Part shown: in pieces, positions 8,014 to 19,600 of the stretch
Position numbering within the stretch: the stretch's first letter is position 1
How the letters are laid out: every line of letters begins with the position of its first letter
Sequence record: OM135583.1
DNA: 64,000 nt
From: Escherichia phage EP01
Direction: 5' to 3' (one strand)
Notes under the pieces: model-generated
Database searches by the model: none
What the model saw: only the letters and a program-made list of their open reading frames with translations
What the model was told of the DNA's origin: nothing
Program-made: the position numbers and the translations under genes

Positions 8014-8085
8014 TTTATTTTCCTAATTAATTTTGATGAGATAATAGTATCACTACCTCATCAGCGTGTAAACAACTTTGTGAAA
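8014..8085 (-). promoter_or_regulatory. promoter/stem-loop cassette (PeSL-like) with early promoter
   Basis: Repeat copy upstream of ipI; GATGAG/CTCATC inverted repeat; -10 8044-8049, -35 8068-8073. Confidence 0.65.
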
Positions 8086-8782
<697 letters not shown>

Positions 8783-8783
<1 letters not shown>

Positions 8784-9508
8784 TATAGTACCTTTAGTGT
8801 ATTTTTAATTTTAGAAAAAAGTTCTTCAAGAGAACCATCGTTTGTAATTACTAAATCACCATCACGAATTGGCAATCCAGCTTCTGTAATATGAGTATCA
8901 TTGGATTTTTGACCAGGACGAACTACATGAATTACTGTAGCACCCATCGCCCTAGCCGCATCCATTTCATGATCTTGACGAGTATCAGGAACGATATAAT
9001 AATCATAACCTGAGTTAAATTTATCAAGATAATCTAAAGCAAATAATTTTACCCAATACATGCGGTCGAAGTTATTAACAATCAAATCCGTACCTAGGGC
9101 TTGCATCAGACGACGGACTGACCATTGATCTTCAATATTATTTATAACGTCAGCAATCTTGTTAAATGCTACGAAAGTAACTGATTCCTTTCCTTCGTCA
9201 TCAAAAACAAACACACCTTTAATTGGGATTTTACTATTAAGATAGCAAAATGCTTGTTCCATAATCGTAATTACTTCTAATTTAGTCAGATTTAAATTAG
9301 TCTCACGATCATAGTCAATTCCTTCAAACTCTTTACGAGTTAAGCAAGGATAGTCAGTGTTTGCTGCAAATACGCCCCATGCATAAGCCAATGCATCCTT
9401 AATAGGACCAGCAAGTTGATATTTAACTGCAGAATAATTATTCATGATAAAATCTGCGGTAGTATCTTTTCCACTACGCTTTACACCACTTAAAAAGATT
9501 AGTTTCAT
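8783..9508 (-). CDS. 1: deoxynucleoside monophosphate kinase gp1
   Basis: 241 aa; P-loop GVKRSGKDT; T4 gene 1 length and position. Confidence 0.9.
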
Positions 9509-9557
9509 ATGTTTCTCCTCAAATTTAGTTAAGATTATAACACATGAAACTGAAGCA

Positions 9558-10088
9558 TTAAACTTCTGCTATAATTTTACCATCTTTTTCTACTTGAAAA
9601 TACGTATAAGGAATCGTTGCTGTACATACTAAAGCTGGGTCTGAATCTTCCGTGTAGCTAAATTCTACTTCAGACAGGTCAGAAACCCAAGGCTTATAAA
9701 AATTTATTGACATCACGATTTCAGTTTTACTATTATCTAAAATGTAAAGCGTAATGTATTCAGGACCTGTTTTTTGGGCAGTATTTTCACCCGTAAGATA
9801 GTTACTAGTTCCTAGCATCCATTCATACATTCCTATCCACGACTTAAGCTCTTCATCAACTATAAATCTCACAATGAGTGGGTCGTACTCAAATGTAACT
9901 CCTGGACGTTGCGCTCTGCCTAGTCCAAACGGCCCAGTCACGGTATCAGTAACAGGTATTCTAATTCCTGGAATAGGAACTGACTGAGCATTTAAAGTAA
10001 AAGCAGATGTAGTATTACTATGTGGTATTGATACTACAAAGTTAGTTGTATTTGCTTGGTTAAAAATTTGTTGTAGTGCTTGCGACAT
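9558..10088 (-). CDS. 3: tail completion / sheath stabiliser gp3
   Basis: ORF track gives 203 aa; internal Met (MSQALQQIF) gives 176 aa, the size I recall for T4 gp3; start choice is an inference. Confidence 0.75.
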   Translation of the reverse strand: MSQALQQIFNQANTTNFVVSIPHSNTTSAFTLNAQSVPIPGIRIPVTDTVTGPFGLGRAQRPGVTFEYDPLIVRFIVDEELKSWIGMYEWMLGTSNYLTGENTAQKTGPEYITLYILDNSKTEIVMSINFYKPWVSDLSEVEFSYTEDSDPALVCTATIPYTYFQVEKDGKIIAEV

Positions 10089-10194
10089 ATATTCCTCATA
10101 ATGCTTTATAAATGTTGGTGGTATAATGGGTCTAAGTCCCTTCCATTCAATTCCAATTAGAACAAACAATAGAAAAGAATGGAAGATAATAGAA

Positions 10195-11019
10195 TTAGAT
10201 ATTTGACCAGACTTTGTTTACAGAGAAACGTTTTCCTTTTGAAACGAACTGCTGAAGTGGCATCAACACAACGTTCGCCCAGTCTTTCGGGGCGATTTCA
10301 ACAAGACTACCCATGATATTACCAGGTATATATGCCTTAATCATTTGGTCTGCACCCCTAAATCCTTTCACTTGACTCCAATCAATTTTTAATTTCGTTT
10401 TATTAGTAATAGTAGGTGTATTTGAATATTGCTTTAAAAGCTCTTCTAGAAACTGTTGACGAGCTTTAGGTGGAATATAGTGCAAGTTCAATCCGTACAT
10501 TAAATTATGTTTACCTAAACCAAGGTAAATTATCAAAGGAAATTTATCCCAATAAGGAAGAGTTTCTTTGTGTTTAGCATCGTAAGCAAAAGCATATATT
10601 CGTCCCGGCTGCGGGCGAACAACTTTATGTCCTTTTACTTGCTTAATAGTTTCAGCAAACCACTTTCTGGTTTTATTATTAATTGCTGCACCTTCATTAC
10701 GAATTTTATCACGCAATGTTTGCCTGAATGAATTTATCATAAGCAGTTGTCTTTCTTGCTTATTGAGTTTATTCATTGGTTTTGATTCAAGCTTTTGAAT
10801 CTTTTCAGCCGTTTTAATTCCTGAAGCATATTTTGACATTGCCGAAGTAAACGTAGAGTATTTGATTCCTCTTTCTTCAGCAAATTGCTTTCCTGTCATT
10901 CCTTTTGCTTTGGCCTTTTTGTATTCAAGACCTATCTGAATCCATTTCTTTTCGTTTAATGATTGCTTAACCTTTGGAACTTGGGGAGTGCTTTCATTAA
11001 TTATTTGAAAAATAGCCAT
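10195..11019 (-). CDS. 2: DNA end-protector protein gp2
   Basis: 274 aa basic protein; T4 gene 2 length and position. Confidence 0.85.
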   Translation of the reverse strand: MAIFQIINESTPQVPKVKQSLNEKKWIQIGLEYKKAKAKGMTGKQFAEERGIKYSTFTSAMSKYASGIKTAEKIQKLESKPMNKLNKQERQLLMINSFRQTLRDKIRNEGAAINNKTRKWFAETIKQVKGHKVVRPQPGRIYAFAYDAKHKETLPYWDKFPLIIYLGLGKHNLMYGLNLHYIPPKARQQFLEELLKQYSNTPTITNKTKLKIDWSQVKGFRGADQMIKAYIPGNIMGSLVEIAPKDWANVVLMPLQQFVSKGKRFSVNKVWSNI

Positions 11020-11471
11020 TATGCCCCCTTAAAGCCAAGAGCTCGTAATCCATCTTCTGTTAAAATTCTAAATTTTATTCCACGCTTTTCAGCTAAAGAT
11101 TGTGCTGCTTTCCATTTGTCAGTATTAACGGAATATGTATAAATTTCATTCATAAATCTTTTCTTCGCTGCAGTTGTTAGATGTGCTGGTTTAACTGGTG
11201 GTTGTGTTTCTTTTTTAGGTTTTATTTCAATAAAAAATTCTTGTCCAGAAGAATCTTTCATCCAAATATCCATGAAGTATCTACGTTTTTTCCCTTCTGC
11301 ATTACAAAAATAAGGAATTACTGCTGTTTCACTACCCCATGCAATAATTTCTGGATTTTTATCTAACCATTCAAAAAAGAATTTTTCCCAATTTGATCTA
11401 TACGTAATTTTTTTAGGGTCACCTCTATATTTTGATATATTTTTAGGAACCCATTTTCCAGAATATGCCAT
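11019..11471 (-). CDS. 4: head completion protein gp4
   Basis: 150 aa; T4 gene 4 length and position; late promoter upstream. Confidence 0.85.
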   Translation of the reverse strand: MAYSGKWVPKNISKYRGDPKKITYRSNWEKFFFEWLDKNPEIIAWGSETAVIPYFCNAEGKKRRYFMDIWMKDSSGQEFFIEIKPKKETQPPVKPAHLTTAAKKRFMNEIYTYSVNTDKWKAAQSLAEKRGIKFRILTEDGLRALGFKGA

Positions 11472-11482
11472 TGGATTCTCCT

Positions 11483-11490
11483 TATAAATA
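11483..11490 (+). promoter_or_regulatory. late promoter TATAAATA (gene 53)
   Basis: Exact TATAAATA 29 nt upstream of ATG. Confidence 0.7.
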
Positions 11491-11497
11491 GATAATA

Positions 11498-11505
11498 TAT
11501 TTATA
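11498..11505 (-). promoter_or_regulatory. late promoter TATAAATA (gene 4), divergent from the gene 53 promoter
   Basis: Plus-strand TATTTATA = TATAAATA on minus strand, about 27 nt upstream of gene 4 ATG. Confidence 0.65.
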
Positions 11506-11518
11506 AACAGGAGGGCCC

Positions 11519-12109
11519 ATGCTCTTTACATTTTTTGATCCGATTGAATATGCGGCCAAAACGGTGAATAAAAACGCGCCGACTATTCCTATGACAGATA
11601 TTTTTAGAAACTATAAAGACTATTTCAAACGTGCTCTTGCGGGATACCGCTTACGTACTTATTATATTAAAGGTTCACCACGCCCGGAAGAATTAGCAAA
11701 TGCTATATATGGAAATCCACAGTTGTATTGGGTTTTATTGATGTGTAATGATAATTATGATCCGTATTATGGATGGATTACTTCGCAAGAAGCTGCTTAT
11801 CAAGCATCTATACAAAAATACAAAAACGTAGGTGGAGACCAAATAGTATATCACGTGAATGAGAATGGTGAAAAATTTTATAATTTAATATCATACGATG
11901 ATAATCCATATGTTTGGTATGATAAAGGCGATAAAGCTAGAAAATATCCTCAATATGAAGGAGCACTTGCTGCTGTTGATACGTATGAAGCTGCTGTTCT
12001 TGAAAATGAAAAACTTCGTCAAATAAAAATAATAGCAAAATCAGACATCAATTCATTTATGAACGACCTTATACGTATAATGGAGAAATCTTATGGAAAT
12101 GATAAGTAA
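11519..12109 (+). CDS. 53: baseplate wedge protein gp53
   Basis: 196 aa; TATAAATA 29 nt upstream; position before gene 5. Confidence 0.88.
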   Translation: MLFTFFDPIEYAAKTVNKNAPTIPMTDIFRNYKDYFKRALAGYRLRTYYIKGSPRPEELANAIYGNPQLYWVLLMCNDNYDPYYGWITSQEAAYQASIQKYKNVGGDQIVYHVNENGEKFYNLISYDDNPYVWYDKGDKARKYPQYEGALAAVDTYEAAVLENEKLRQIKIIAKSDINSFMNDLIRIMEKSYGNDK

Positions 12110-13820
12110 TAACCTCAACTGGTTTGTTGGTGTTGTTGAAGATAGAATGGACCCATTAAAATTAGGTCGTGTTCGTGTTCGTGTGGTTGGTCTGCATCCA
12201 CCCCAAAGAGCGCAAGGCGACGTAATGGGTATTCCAACCGATAAATTGCCATGGATGTCAGTTATTCAACCTATAACTTCTGCAGCAATGTCTGGAATTG
12301 GAGGTTCTGTTACAGGGCCAGTAGAAGGAACTAGAGTTTATGGTCATTTTTTAGACAAATGGAAAACTAACGGAATTGTCCTTGGTACTTATGGCGGAAT
12401 AGTTCGCGAAAAACCTAATAGACTTGAAGGATTTTCTGACCCAACTGGACAGTATCCTAGACGTCTAGGAAATGATACTAACGTATTAAACCAAGGCGGA
12501 GAAGTAGGATATGATTCGTCTTCTAATATTATCCAAGATAGTAATCTAGACACTGCGATAAATCCCGATGATAGACCGCTATCAGAGATTCCAACTGATG
12601 ATAATCCAAATATGTCAATGGCTGAAATGCTTCGCCGTGATGAAGGATTAAGACTAAAAGTTTATTGGGATACTGAAGGATATCCGACAATTGGCATTGG
12701 TCATCTTATCATGAAGCAGCCAGTTCGTGATATGGCCCAAATTAATAAAGTTTTATCAAAACAGGTTGGTCGTGAAATTACCGGAAATCCAGGTTCTATT
12801 ACAATGGAAGAAGCGGTAACTTTATTTGAACGTGATTTAGCTGATATGCAACGTGACATTAAATCACATTCTAAAGTTGGCCCAGTTTGGCAAGCAGTTA
12901 ATCGTTCTCGTCAAATGGCATTAGAAAATATGGCATTTCAGATGGGTGTTGGCGGTGTAGCTAAATTTAACACAATGTTAACTGCTATGTTAGCCGGAGA
13001 TTGGGAAAAAGCATATAAAGCTGGTCGTGATTCATTGTGGTATCAACAAACAAAAGGCCGTGCATCCCGTGTTACCATGATTATTCTTACCGGTAATTTG
13101 GAATCATACGGTATTGAAGTGAAAACACCGGCTAGGTCTTTGTCTGCAATGGCTGCTACTGTAGCAAAGTCTTCTGACCCGGCTGACCCTCCTATTCCGA
13201 ATGATTCAAGAATTTTATTCAAAGAACCTGTTTCTTCATATAAAGGTGAATATCCGTATGTTCACACAATGGAAACTGAAAGCGGTCATATTCAGGAATT
13301 TGATGATACCCCTGGGCAAGAACGATACAGATTAGTTCATCCGACTGGAACGTATGAGGAAGTATCACCATCAGGAAGAAGAACAAGAAAAACTGTTGAT
13401 AATTTGTATGATATAACAAATGCTGATGGTAATTTTTTGGTAGCCGGCGATAAAAAGACTAACGTCGGTGGATCAGAAATTTATTACAACATGGATAATC
13501 GTCTTCACCAAATAGATGGAAGCAACACAATATTTGTGCGTGGCGATGAAACTAAGACAGTTGAAGGTAATGGAACTATCCTAGTCAAAGGTAATGTTAC
13601 TATTGTAGTTGAAGGTAATGCTGACATTACAGTTAAAGGAGATGCTACCACTTTAGTTGAAGGAAATCAAACTAACACAGTAAATGGAAACCTTTCTTGG
13701 AAAGTTGCTGGGACAGTTGATTGGGACGTTGGTGGTGATTGGACAGAAAAAATGGCATCTATGAGTTCTATTTCATCTGGTCAATACACAATTGATGGAT
13801 CGAGGATTGACATTGGCTAA
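12093..13820 (+). CDS. 5: baseplate hub / tail lysozyme gp5
   Basis: 575 aa; lysozyme module (LRLKVYWDTEGYPTIGIGHL) in the middle; C-terminal VxGxxxxx beta-helix repeats (VEGNGTILVKGNVTIVVEGNADITVKGDATTLVEGN). Confidence 0.95.
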   Translation: MEMISNNLNWFVGVVEDRMDPLKLGRVRVRVVGLHPPQRAQGDVMGIPTDKLPWMSVIQPITSAAMSGIGGSVTGPVEGTRVYGHFLDKWKTNGIVLGTYGGIVREKPNRLEGFSDPTGQYPRRLGNDTNVLNQGGEVGYDSSSNIIQDSNLDTAINPDDRPLSEIPTDDNPNMSMAEMLRRDEGLRLKVYWDTEGYPTIGIGHLIMKQPVRDMAQINKVLSKQVGREITGNPGSITMEEAVTLFERDLADMQRDIKSHSKVGPVWQAVNRSRQMALENMAFQMGVGGVAKFNTMLTAMLAGDWEKAYKAGRDSLWYQQTKGRASRVTMIILTGNLESYGIEVKTPARSLSAMAATVAKSSDPADPPIPNDSRILFKEPVSSYKGEYPYVHTMETESGHIQEFDDTPGQERYRLVHPTGTYEEVSPSGRRTRKTVDNLYDITNADGNFLVAGDKKTNVGGSEIYYNMDNRLHQIDGSNTIFVRGDETKTVEGNGTILVKGNVTIVVEGNADITVKGDATTLVEGNQTNTVNGNLSWKVAGTVDWDVGGDWTEKMASMSSISSGQYTIDGSRIDIG

Positions 13821-14349
13821 TATACTTCCAATGAGCGCTGATTTAGGAGAATCCATGGAAGGTTCTTCTATCGACGTCACCTTTACCGCTCAGTTAGAAA
13901 CAGGTGAAACGTTAGTATCTATAAATATAACTAGTTACGAAGAAACTCCTGGAGTTTTAGTAGAAGAAAATCGTTTATATGGAACGTATGAATCTGTGTT
14001 TGGATTTGGAAATGACGCATTAAAATATCGTTTAGATGATGAATTTAAAACTGCTGCTTCATGGGAAGACCTTCCAACTGATTCTAATACTCAGTTATAT
14101 TTGTGGAAAGCTCCTCAAAACCTCCAGAAGACATTCACTTACGAAGTAACATTAATATATGACTACCAAGAACAAAGCGAATCTGGAGGTTCTGGCAGTA
14201 ATTCTAGGTCATCTTCTGATACTACTGAACCAACGAATCCTCCAGCTCCAATAAGAAAAACTCTTGTTAAAAATTACACAAAAACTATAGTTGGAAATTG
14301 GAGTCGTTGGGCTAATAAATTGAGAAGCTATGTGTATGAGAGGCCATAA
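13792..14349 (+). CDS. 5.1: gp5.1-like protein
   Basis: 185 aa ORF directly after gene 5; 5' end overlaps gene 5, true start may be a downstream Met. Confidence 0.7.
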
Positions 14350-14643
14350 ATGTCAGGATTAAGCTATGATAAGTGTGTTACTGCTGGCCATGAAGCGTGG
14401 CCTCCAACAGTTGTGAATGCTACACAAAGTAAAGTATTCACTGGAGGAATTGCTGTTCTCGTAGCAGGTGATCCAATTACAGAACATACAGAAATTAAAA
14501 AGCCATATGAAACACATGGCGGAGTGACACAACCCAGAACTTCTAAGGTATATGTCACTGGAAAGAAAGCTGTTCAAATGGCTGATCCAATATCATGCGG
14601 TGATACTGTGGCTCAGGCATCATCTAAAGTATTCATTAAATAG
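14350..14643 (+). CDS. 5.4: gp5.4 spike-tip (PAAR-like) protein
   Basis: 97 aa; position and size of T4 gp5.4. Confidence 0.85.
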
Positions 14644-14651
14644 GATTTAAA

Positions 14652-16634
14652 ATGGCAAATACCCCTGTAAATTATCAATTAACAAGAACAGCAAATGCTA
14701 TTCCCGAGATATTCGTCGGGGGTACATTTGCTGAAATAAAACAAAACCTCATTGAATGGCTTAATGGTCAAAATGAATTTTTGGATTATGATTTTGAAGG
14801 CTCAAGATTAAACGTTCTGTGCGACCTTTTGGCTTATAATACATTATACATTCAGCAGTTTGGTAATGCTGCCGTGTATGAAAGCTTTATGCGTACTGCT
14901 AACTTACGTAGTTCAGTAGTTCAAGCTGCACAAGATAATGGATATTTACCTACTTCAAAATCAGCTGCTCAAACTGAAATTATGCTAACTTGTACAGACG
15001 CATTGAATAGAAATTACATTACTATTCCTCGTGGTACTCGCTTTTTAGCATATGCAAAGGATACTTCTGTTAATCCTTATAACTTTGTCTCTACCGAAGA
15101 TGTTATTGCTATTCGCGATAAAAATAACCAATATTTTCCGCGTTTAAAATTGGCCCAGGGACGTATAGTAAGAACTGAAATCATTTATGATAAATTAACA
15201 CCTATTATCATTTATGACAAAAATATAGATAGAAACCAAGTTAAGCTGTATGTTGATGGAGCAGAATGGATTAACTGGACAAGAAAGTCAATGGTTCATG
15301 CTGGTTCTACATCAACAATTTACTACATGCGTGAAACTATTGATGGAAATACTGAATTTTATTTTGGTGAAGGTGAGATTTCTGTTAACGCGGCAGAAGG
15401 AGCATTGACTGCTAATTATATTGGAGGTCTTAAGCCTACCCAAAACTCTACGATTGTTATTGAGTATATCAGTACTAACGGTGCAGATGCGAATGGTGCA
15501 GTCGGATTTTCATACGCAGATACATTAACAAATATAACTGTCATCAATATTAACGAAAATCCAAATGATGACCCAGATTTTGTTGGGGCAGATGGCGGCG
15601 GCGATCCAGAAGATATTGAGCGTATTCGCGAATTGGGTACTATTAAACGCGAAACCCAGCAACGCTGCGTAACTGCGACTGACTATGATACATTCGTTTC
15701 AGAGAGATTTGGTTCTATTATTCAAGCGGTTCAGACTTTCACTGATTCTACTAAACCTGGTTATGCATTTATTGCTGCTAAACCTAAATCAGGATTATAT
15801 TTAACTACTGTACAACGTGAAGATATTAAAAATTATCTCAAAGATTATAATTTAGCTCCTATTACGCCATCAATTATTTCTCCTAATTATCTTTTTATTA
15901 AGACTAATTTAAAAGTCACATATGCTTTAAATAAGCTGCAAGAATCCGAACAGTGGCTCGAAGGTCAAATAATTGATAAAATTGATCGTTATTATACCGA
16001 AGATGTAGAAATTTTTAACTCATCTTTCGCTAAATCTAAGATGTTGACATATGTAGATGATGCAGATCATTCTATCATTGGCTCATCAGCGACAATTCAA
16101 ATTGTTCGTGAAGTACAAAACTTCTATAAAACGCCTGAAGCAGGTATTAAATACAATAATCAAATAAAAGACCGTTCTATGGAATCTAATACGTTTTCAT
16201 TTAATTCTGGACGAAAGGTTGTAAATCCTGATACTGGTTTAGAAGAAGATGTATTATATGACGTTCGCATAGTATCAACAGACCGAGATTCTAAAGGAAT
16301 TGGTAAAGTTATTATTGGTCCATTTGCTTCTGGTGATGTTACAGAAAATGAAAACATTCAGCCATATACAGGCAATGATTTTAATAAATTAGCAAGTTCC
16401 GATGGACGTGACAAATACTATGTTATCGGTGAAATAAATTATCCAGCTGACATGATTTATTGGAATATCGCTAAAATTAATTTAACATCCGATAAATTTG
16501 AGGTTCAGACTATTGAGCTATATTCTGATCCAATAGACGATGTTATTTTCACACGCGATGGTTCACTGATTGTATTTGAAAATGATTTACGTCCACAATA
16601 CTTAACTATCGATTTGGAGCCTATATCACAATGA
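14652..16634 (+). CDS. 6: baseplate wedge protein gp6
   Basis: 660 aa, same as T4 gp6; synteny. Confidence 0.9.
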   Translation: MANTPVNYQLTRTANAIPEIFVGGTFAEIKQNLIEWLNGQNEFLDYDFEGSRLNVLCDLLAYNTLYIQQFGNAAVYESFMRTANLRSSVVQAAQDNGYLPTSKSAAQTEIMLTCTDALNRNYITIPRGTRFLAYAKDTSVNPYNFVSTEDVIAIRDKNNQYFPRLKLAQGRIVRTEIIYDKLTPIIIYDKNIDRNQVKLYVDGAEWINWTRKSMVHAGSTSTIYYMRETIDGNTEFYFGEGEISVNAAEGALTANYIGGLKPTQNSTIVIEYISTNGADANGAVGFSYADTLTNITVININENPNDDPDFVGADGGGDPEDIERIRELGTIKRETQQRCVTATDYDTFVSERFGSIIQAVQTFTDSTKPGYAFIAAKPKSGLYLTTVQREDIKNYLKDYNLAPITPSIISPNYLFIKTNLKVTYALNKLQESEQWLEGQIIDKIDRYYTEDVEIFNSSFAKSKMLTYVDDADHSIIGSSATIQIVREVQNFYKTPEAGIKYNNQIKDRSMESNTFSFNSGRKVVNPDTGLEEDVLYDVRIVSTDRDSKGIGKVIIGPFASGDVTENENIQPYTGNDFNKLASSDGRDKYYVIGEINYPADMIYWNIAKINLTSDKFEVQTIELYSDPIDDVIFTRDGSLIVFENDLRPQYLTIDLEPISQ

Positions 16635-19600
16635 CAGTAAAAGCACCTTCAGTCACTAGTCTCAGAATTTCCAAGTTATCCGCAAATCAGGTGCAAGTAC
16701 GCTGGGATGACGTTGGTGCTAATTTCTACTATTTTGTAGAAATCGCTGAGACAAAAACAGACTCGGGGGAAAATCTCCCGAGTAATCAATACAAATGGGT
16801 TAACTTAGGATATACTGCAAATAACAGCTTCTTTTTTGATGATGCCGACCCATTGACATCGTACATTATTAGAGTAGCTACAGCTGCGCAGGATTTTGAG
16901 CAGTCTGATTGGATTTATACTGAAGAGTTTGAAACTTTTGCTACAAATGCTTATACATTTCAAAACATGATTGAAATGCAATTAGCTAATAAATTCATTC
17001 AGGAAAAATTTACTCTTAATAATTCTGACTATGTTAATTTTAACAATGACACTATAATGGCTGCATTGATGAATGAATCGTTTCAATTCAGCCCGTCATA
17101 TGTTGATGTTTCATCAATAAGTAATTTTATTATTGGTGAAAATGAGTATCATGAAATACAAGGTTCTATTCAGCAAGTATGTAAGGATATTAACCGAGTT
17201 TATTTGATGGAATCAGAAGGGATTCTATATCTTTTTGAGCGTTATCAACCTGTAGTTAAAGTATCTAATGATAAAGGACAAACCTGGAAAGCTGTAAAGC
17301 TCTTCAATGACCGTGTAGGATATCCTTTATCTAAGACTGTATATTACCAATCTGCGAGCACAACATACGTTCTAGGATACGACAAGATTTTCTATGGCCG
17401 CAAATCTACTGATGTTAGATGGTCAGCTGATGATGTCAGATTTAGTTCGCAGGATATAACATTCGCTAAACTTGGTGATCAACTTCATTTGGGATTTGAT
17501 GTTGAAATCTTTGGTACTTATGCTACATTACCTGCAAATGTGTATCGTATAGCTGAAGCTATTACTTGCACCGATGATTACATTTACGTTGTCGCCAGAG
17601 ACAAAGTTAGATACATAAAAACGAGTAATGCACCTATAGATTCTGATCCATTATCTCCGACATATTCGGAAAGACTTTTTGAACCTGATACAATGACTAT
17701 AACCGGAAATCCTAAAGCAGTATGCTATAAAATGGATTCTGTCGGTGATAAAGTTTTTGCTCTTATTATTGGTGAAGTTGAAACATTAAATGCTAATCCT
17801 AGAACATCAAAAATAATTGATTCTGTTGATAAAGGAATATATGTTTTAAATCATGACACAAAAACGTGGAAAAGAGTTTTTGGCAACACTGAAGAAGAAA
17901 GAAGACGTATTCAACCGGGGTATGCGAATATGTCAACTGATGGTAAATTAGTTTCTTTATCATCGAGTAATTTTAAATTTTTAAGTGATAACGTTGTTAA
18001 TGACCCTGAAACTGTGGTGAAATATCAGTTAATCGGTGCTGTTAAATATGAATTTCCTCGTGAATGGTTAGCTGATAAGCATTATCATATGATGGCATTT
18101 ATAGCAGATGAAAAGTCTGATTGGGAAACTTTTACTCCTCAGCCGATGAAATACTACGCTGAACCATTCTTTAACTGGTCTAAAAAATCTAACACACGTT
18201 GTTGGATAAACAACTCTGATAGGGTTGTAGTAGTTTATGCTGATTTAAAATATACTAAAGTTATAGAAAACATTCCTGAAACATCACCAGATAGATTAGT
18301 TCATGAATACTGGGATGATGGCGATTGTACTATAGTAATGCCAAATGTTAAATTCACTGGATTTAAAAAATATGCATCTGGGATGCTTTTCTATAAAGCC
18401 TCTGGTGAAATAATTTCTTACTATGATTTTAACTATCGTGTTAGAGACACTGTCGAAATTATTTGGAAGCCAACTGAAGTATTTTTAAAAGCATTTTTAC
18501 AAAATCAAGAGCATGAAACTCCTTGGTCGCCTGAAGAAGAGCGTGGATTAGCTGACCCTGATTTAAGACCATTGATTGGCACAATGATGCCTGATTCTTA
18601 TTTGTTACAGGATTCGAATTTTGAAGCATTTTGCGAAGCATATATTCAATATCTTTCTGATGGATATGGAACTCAGTATAACAATTTACGAAATTTAATT
18701 CGTAACAAATATCCGCGAGAAGAGCACGCGTGGGAATATTTGTGGTCAGAGATATATAAAAGAAACATTTATTTAAATGCTGATAAACGTGATGCTGTTG
18801 CAAGATTTTTCGAATCACGCAGCTATGATTTTTATTCCACTAAAGGAATTGAAGCATCATACAAATTTCTTTTTAAAGTTCTTTATAATGAAGAAGTTGA
18901 AATTGAAATTGAATCTGGGGCTGGTACTGAATATGATATAATCGTTCAATCTGATTCTTTGACTGAAGACTTAGTAGGACAAACGATTTATACAGCTACA
19001 GGAAGATGTAATGTTACTTATATAGAAAGAAGCTATTCTAACGGTAAATTGCAATGGACCGTAACTATTCATAATCTTTTGGGAAGATTAATTGCTGGTC
19101 AAGAAGTTAAAGCAGAAAGACTCCCTAGTTTTGAAGGCGAAATTATTCGTGGGGTTAAAGGAAAGGATTTGCTTCAAAATAATATAGACTATATTAATAG
19201 AAGTCGATCATATTATGTAATGAAAATTAAATCCAATTTACCTTCTTCCCGCTGGAAATCTGACGTTATTCGTTTTGTTCATCCAGTAGGATTTGGATTT
19301 ATAGCAATTACCCTTTTAACGATGTTTATTAATGTTGGTTTAACTCTTAAACACACAGAGACTATAATTAATAAATACAAAAACTATAAATGGGATTCTG
19401 GATTGCCTACTGAATATGCTGATAGAGTAGCTAAATTGACTCCAACCGGTGAAATTGAGCATGATTCGGTAACAGGCGAAGCAATTTATGAACCTGGCCC
19501 AATGGCTGGTGTAAAATATCCTCTTCCTGATGACTATAATGCTGAAAATAATAATTCAATATTTCAAGGTCAATTGCCATCTGAACGACGTAAATTAATG

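Noticed and set aside
6650-8085. Regularly spaced near-identical repeats that could suggest a CRISPR array
   Set aside because: Repeats are 60-75 bp, spaced 290-370 bp apart, and each intervening segment is an ORF with ribosome-binding site; the repeats contain promoter -35/-10 elements. They are promoter/stem-loop cassettes, not CRISPR repeats.
9558-10169. 203-aa extended form of gene 3
   Set aside because: The N-terminal 27 codons run into the gene 2 intergenic region; an internal Met gives a 176-aa protein matching the expected gp3 size. The longer ORF is probably an artefact of longest-ORF calling.
12093-13820. Lysozyme motif that could be mistaken for the soluble endolysin gene e
   Set aside because: The lysozyme module is embedded in a 575-aa protein with C-terminal beta-helix repeats and sits in the baseplate operon; this is the tail-associated lysozyme gp5. 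Gene e would lie just left of the window.
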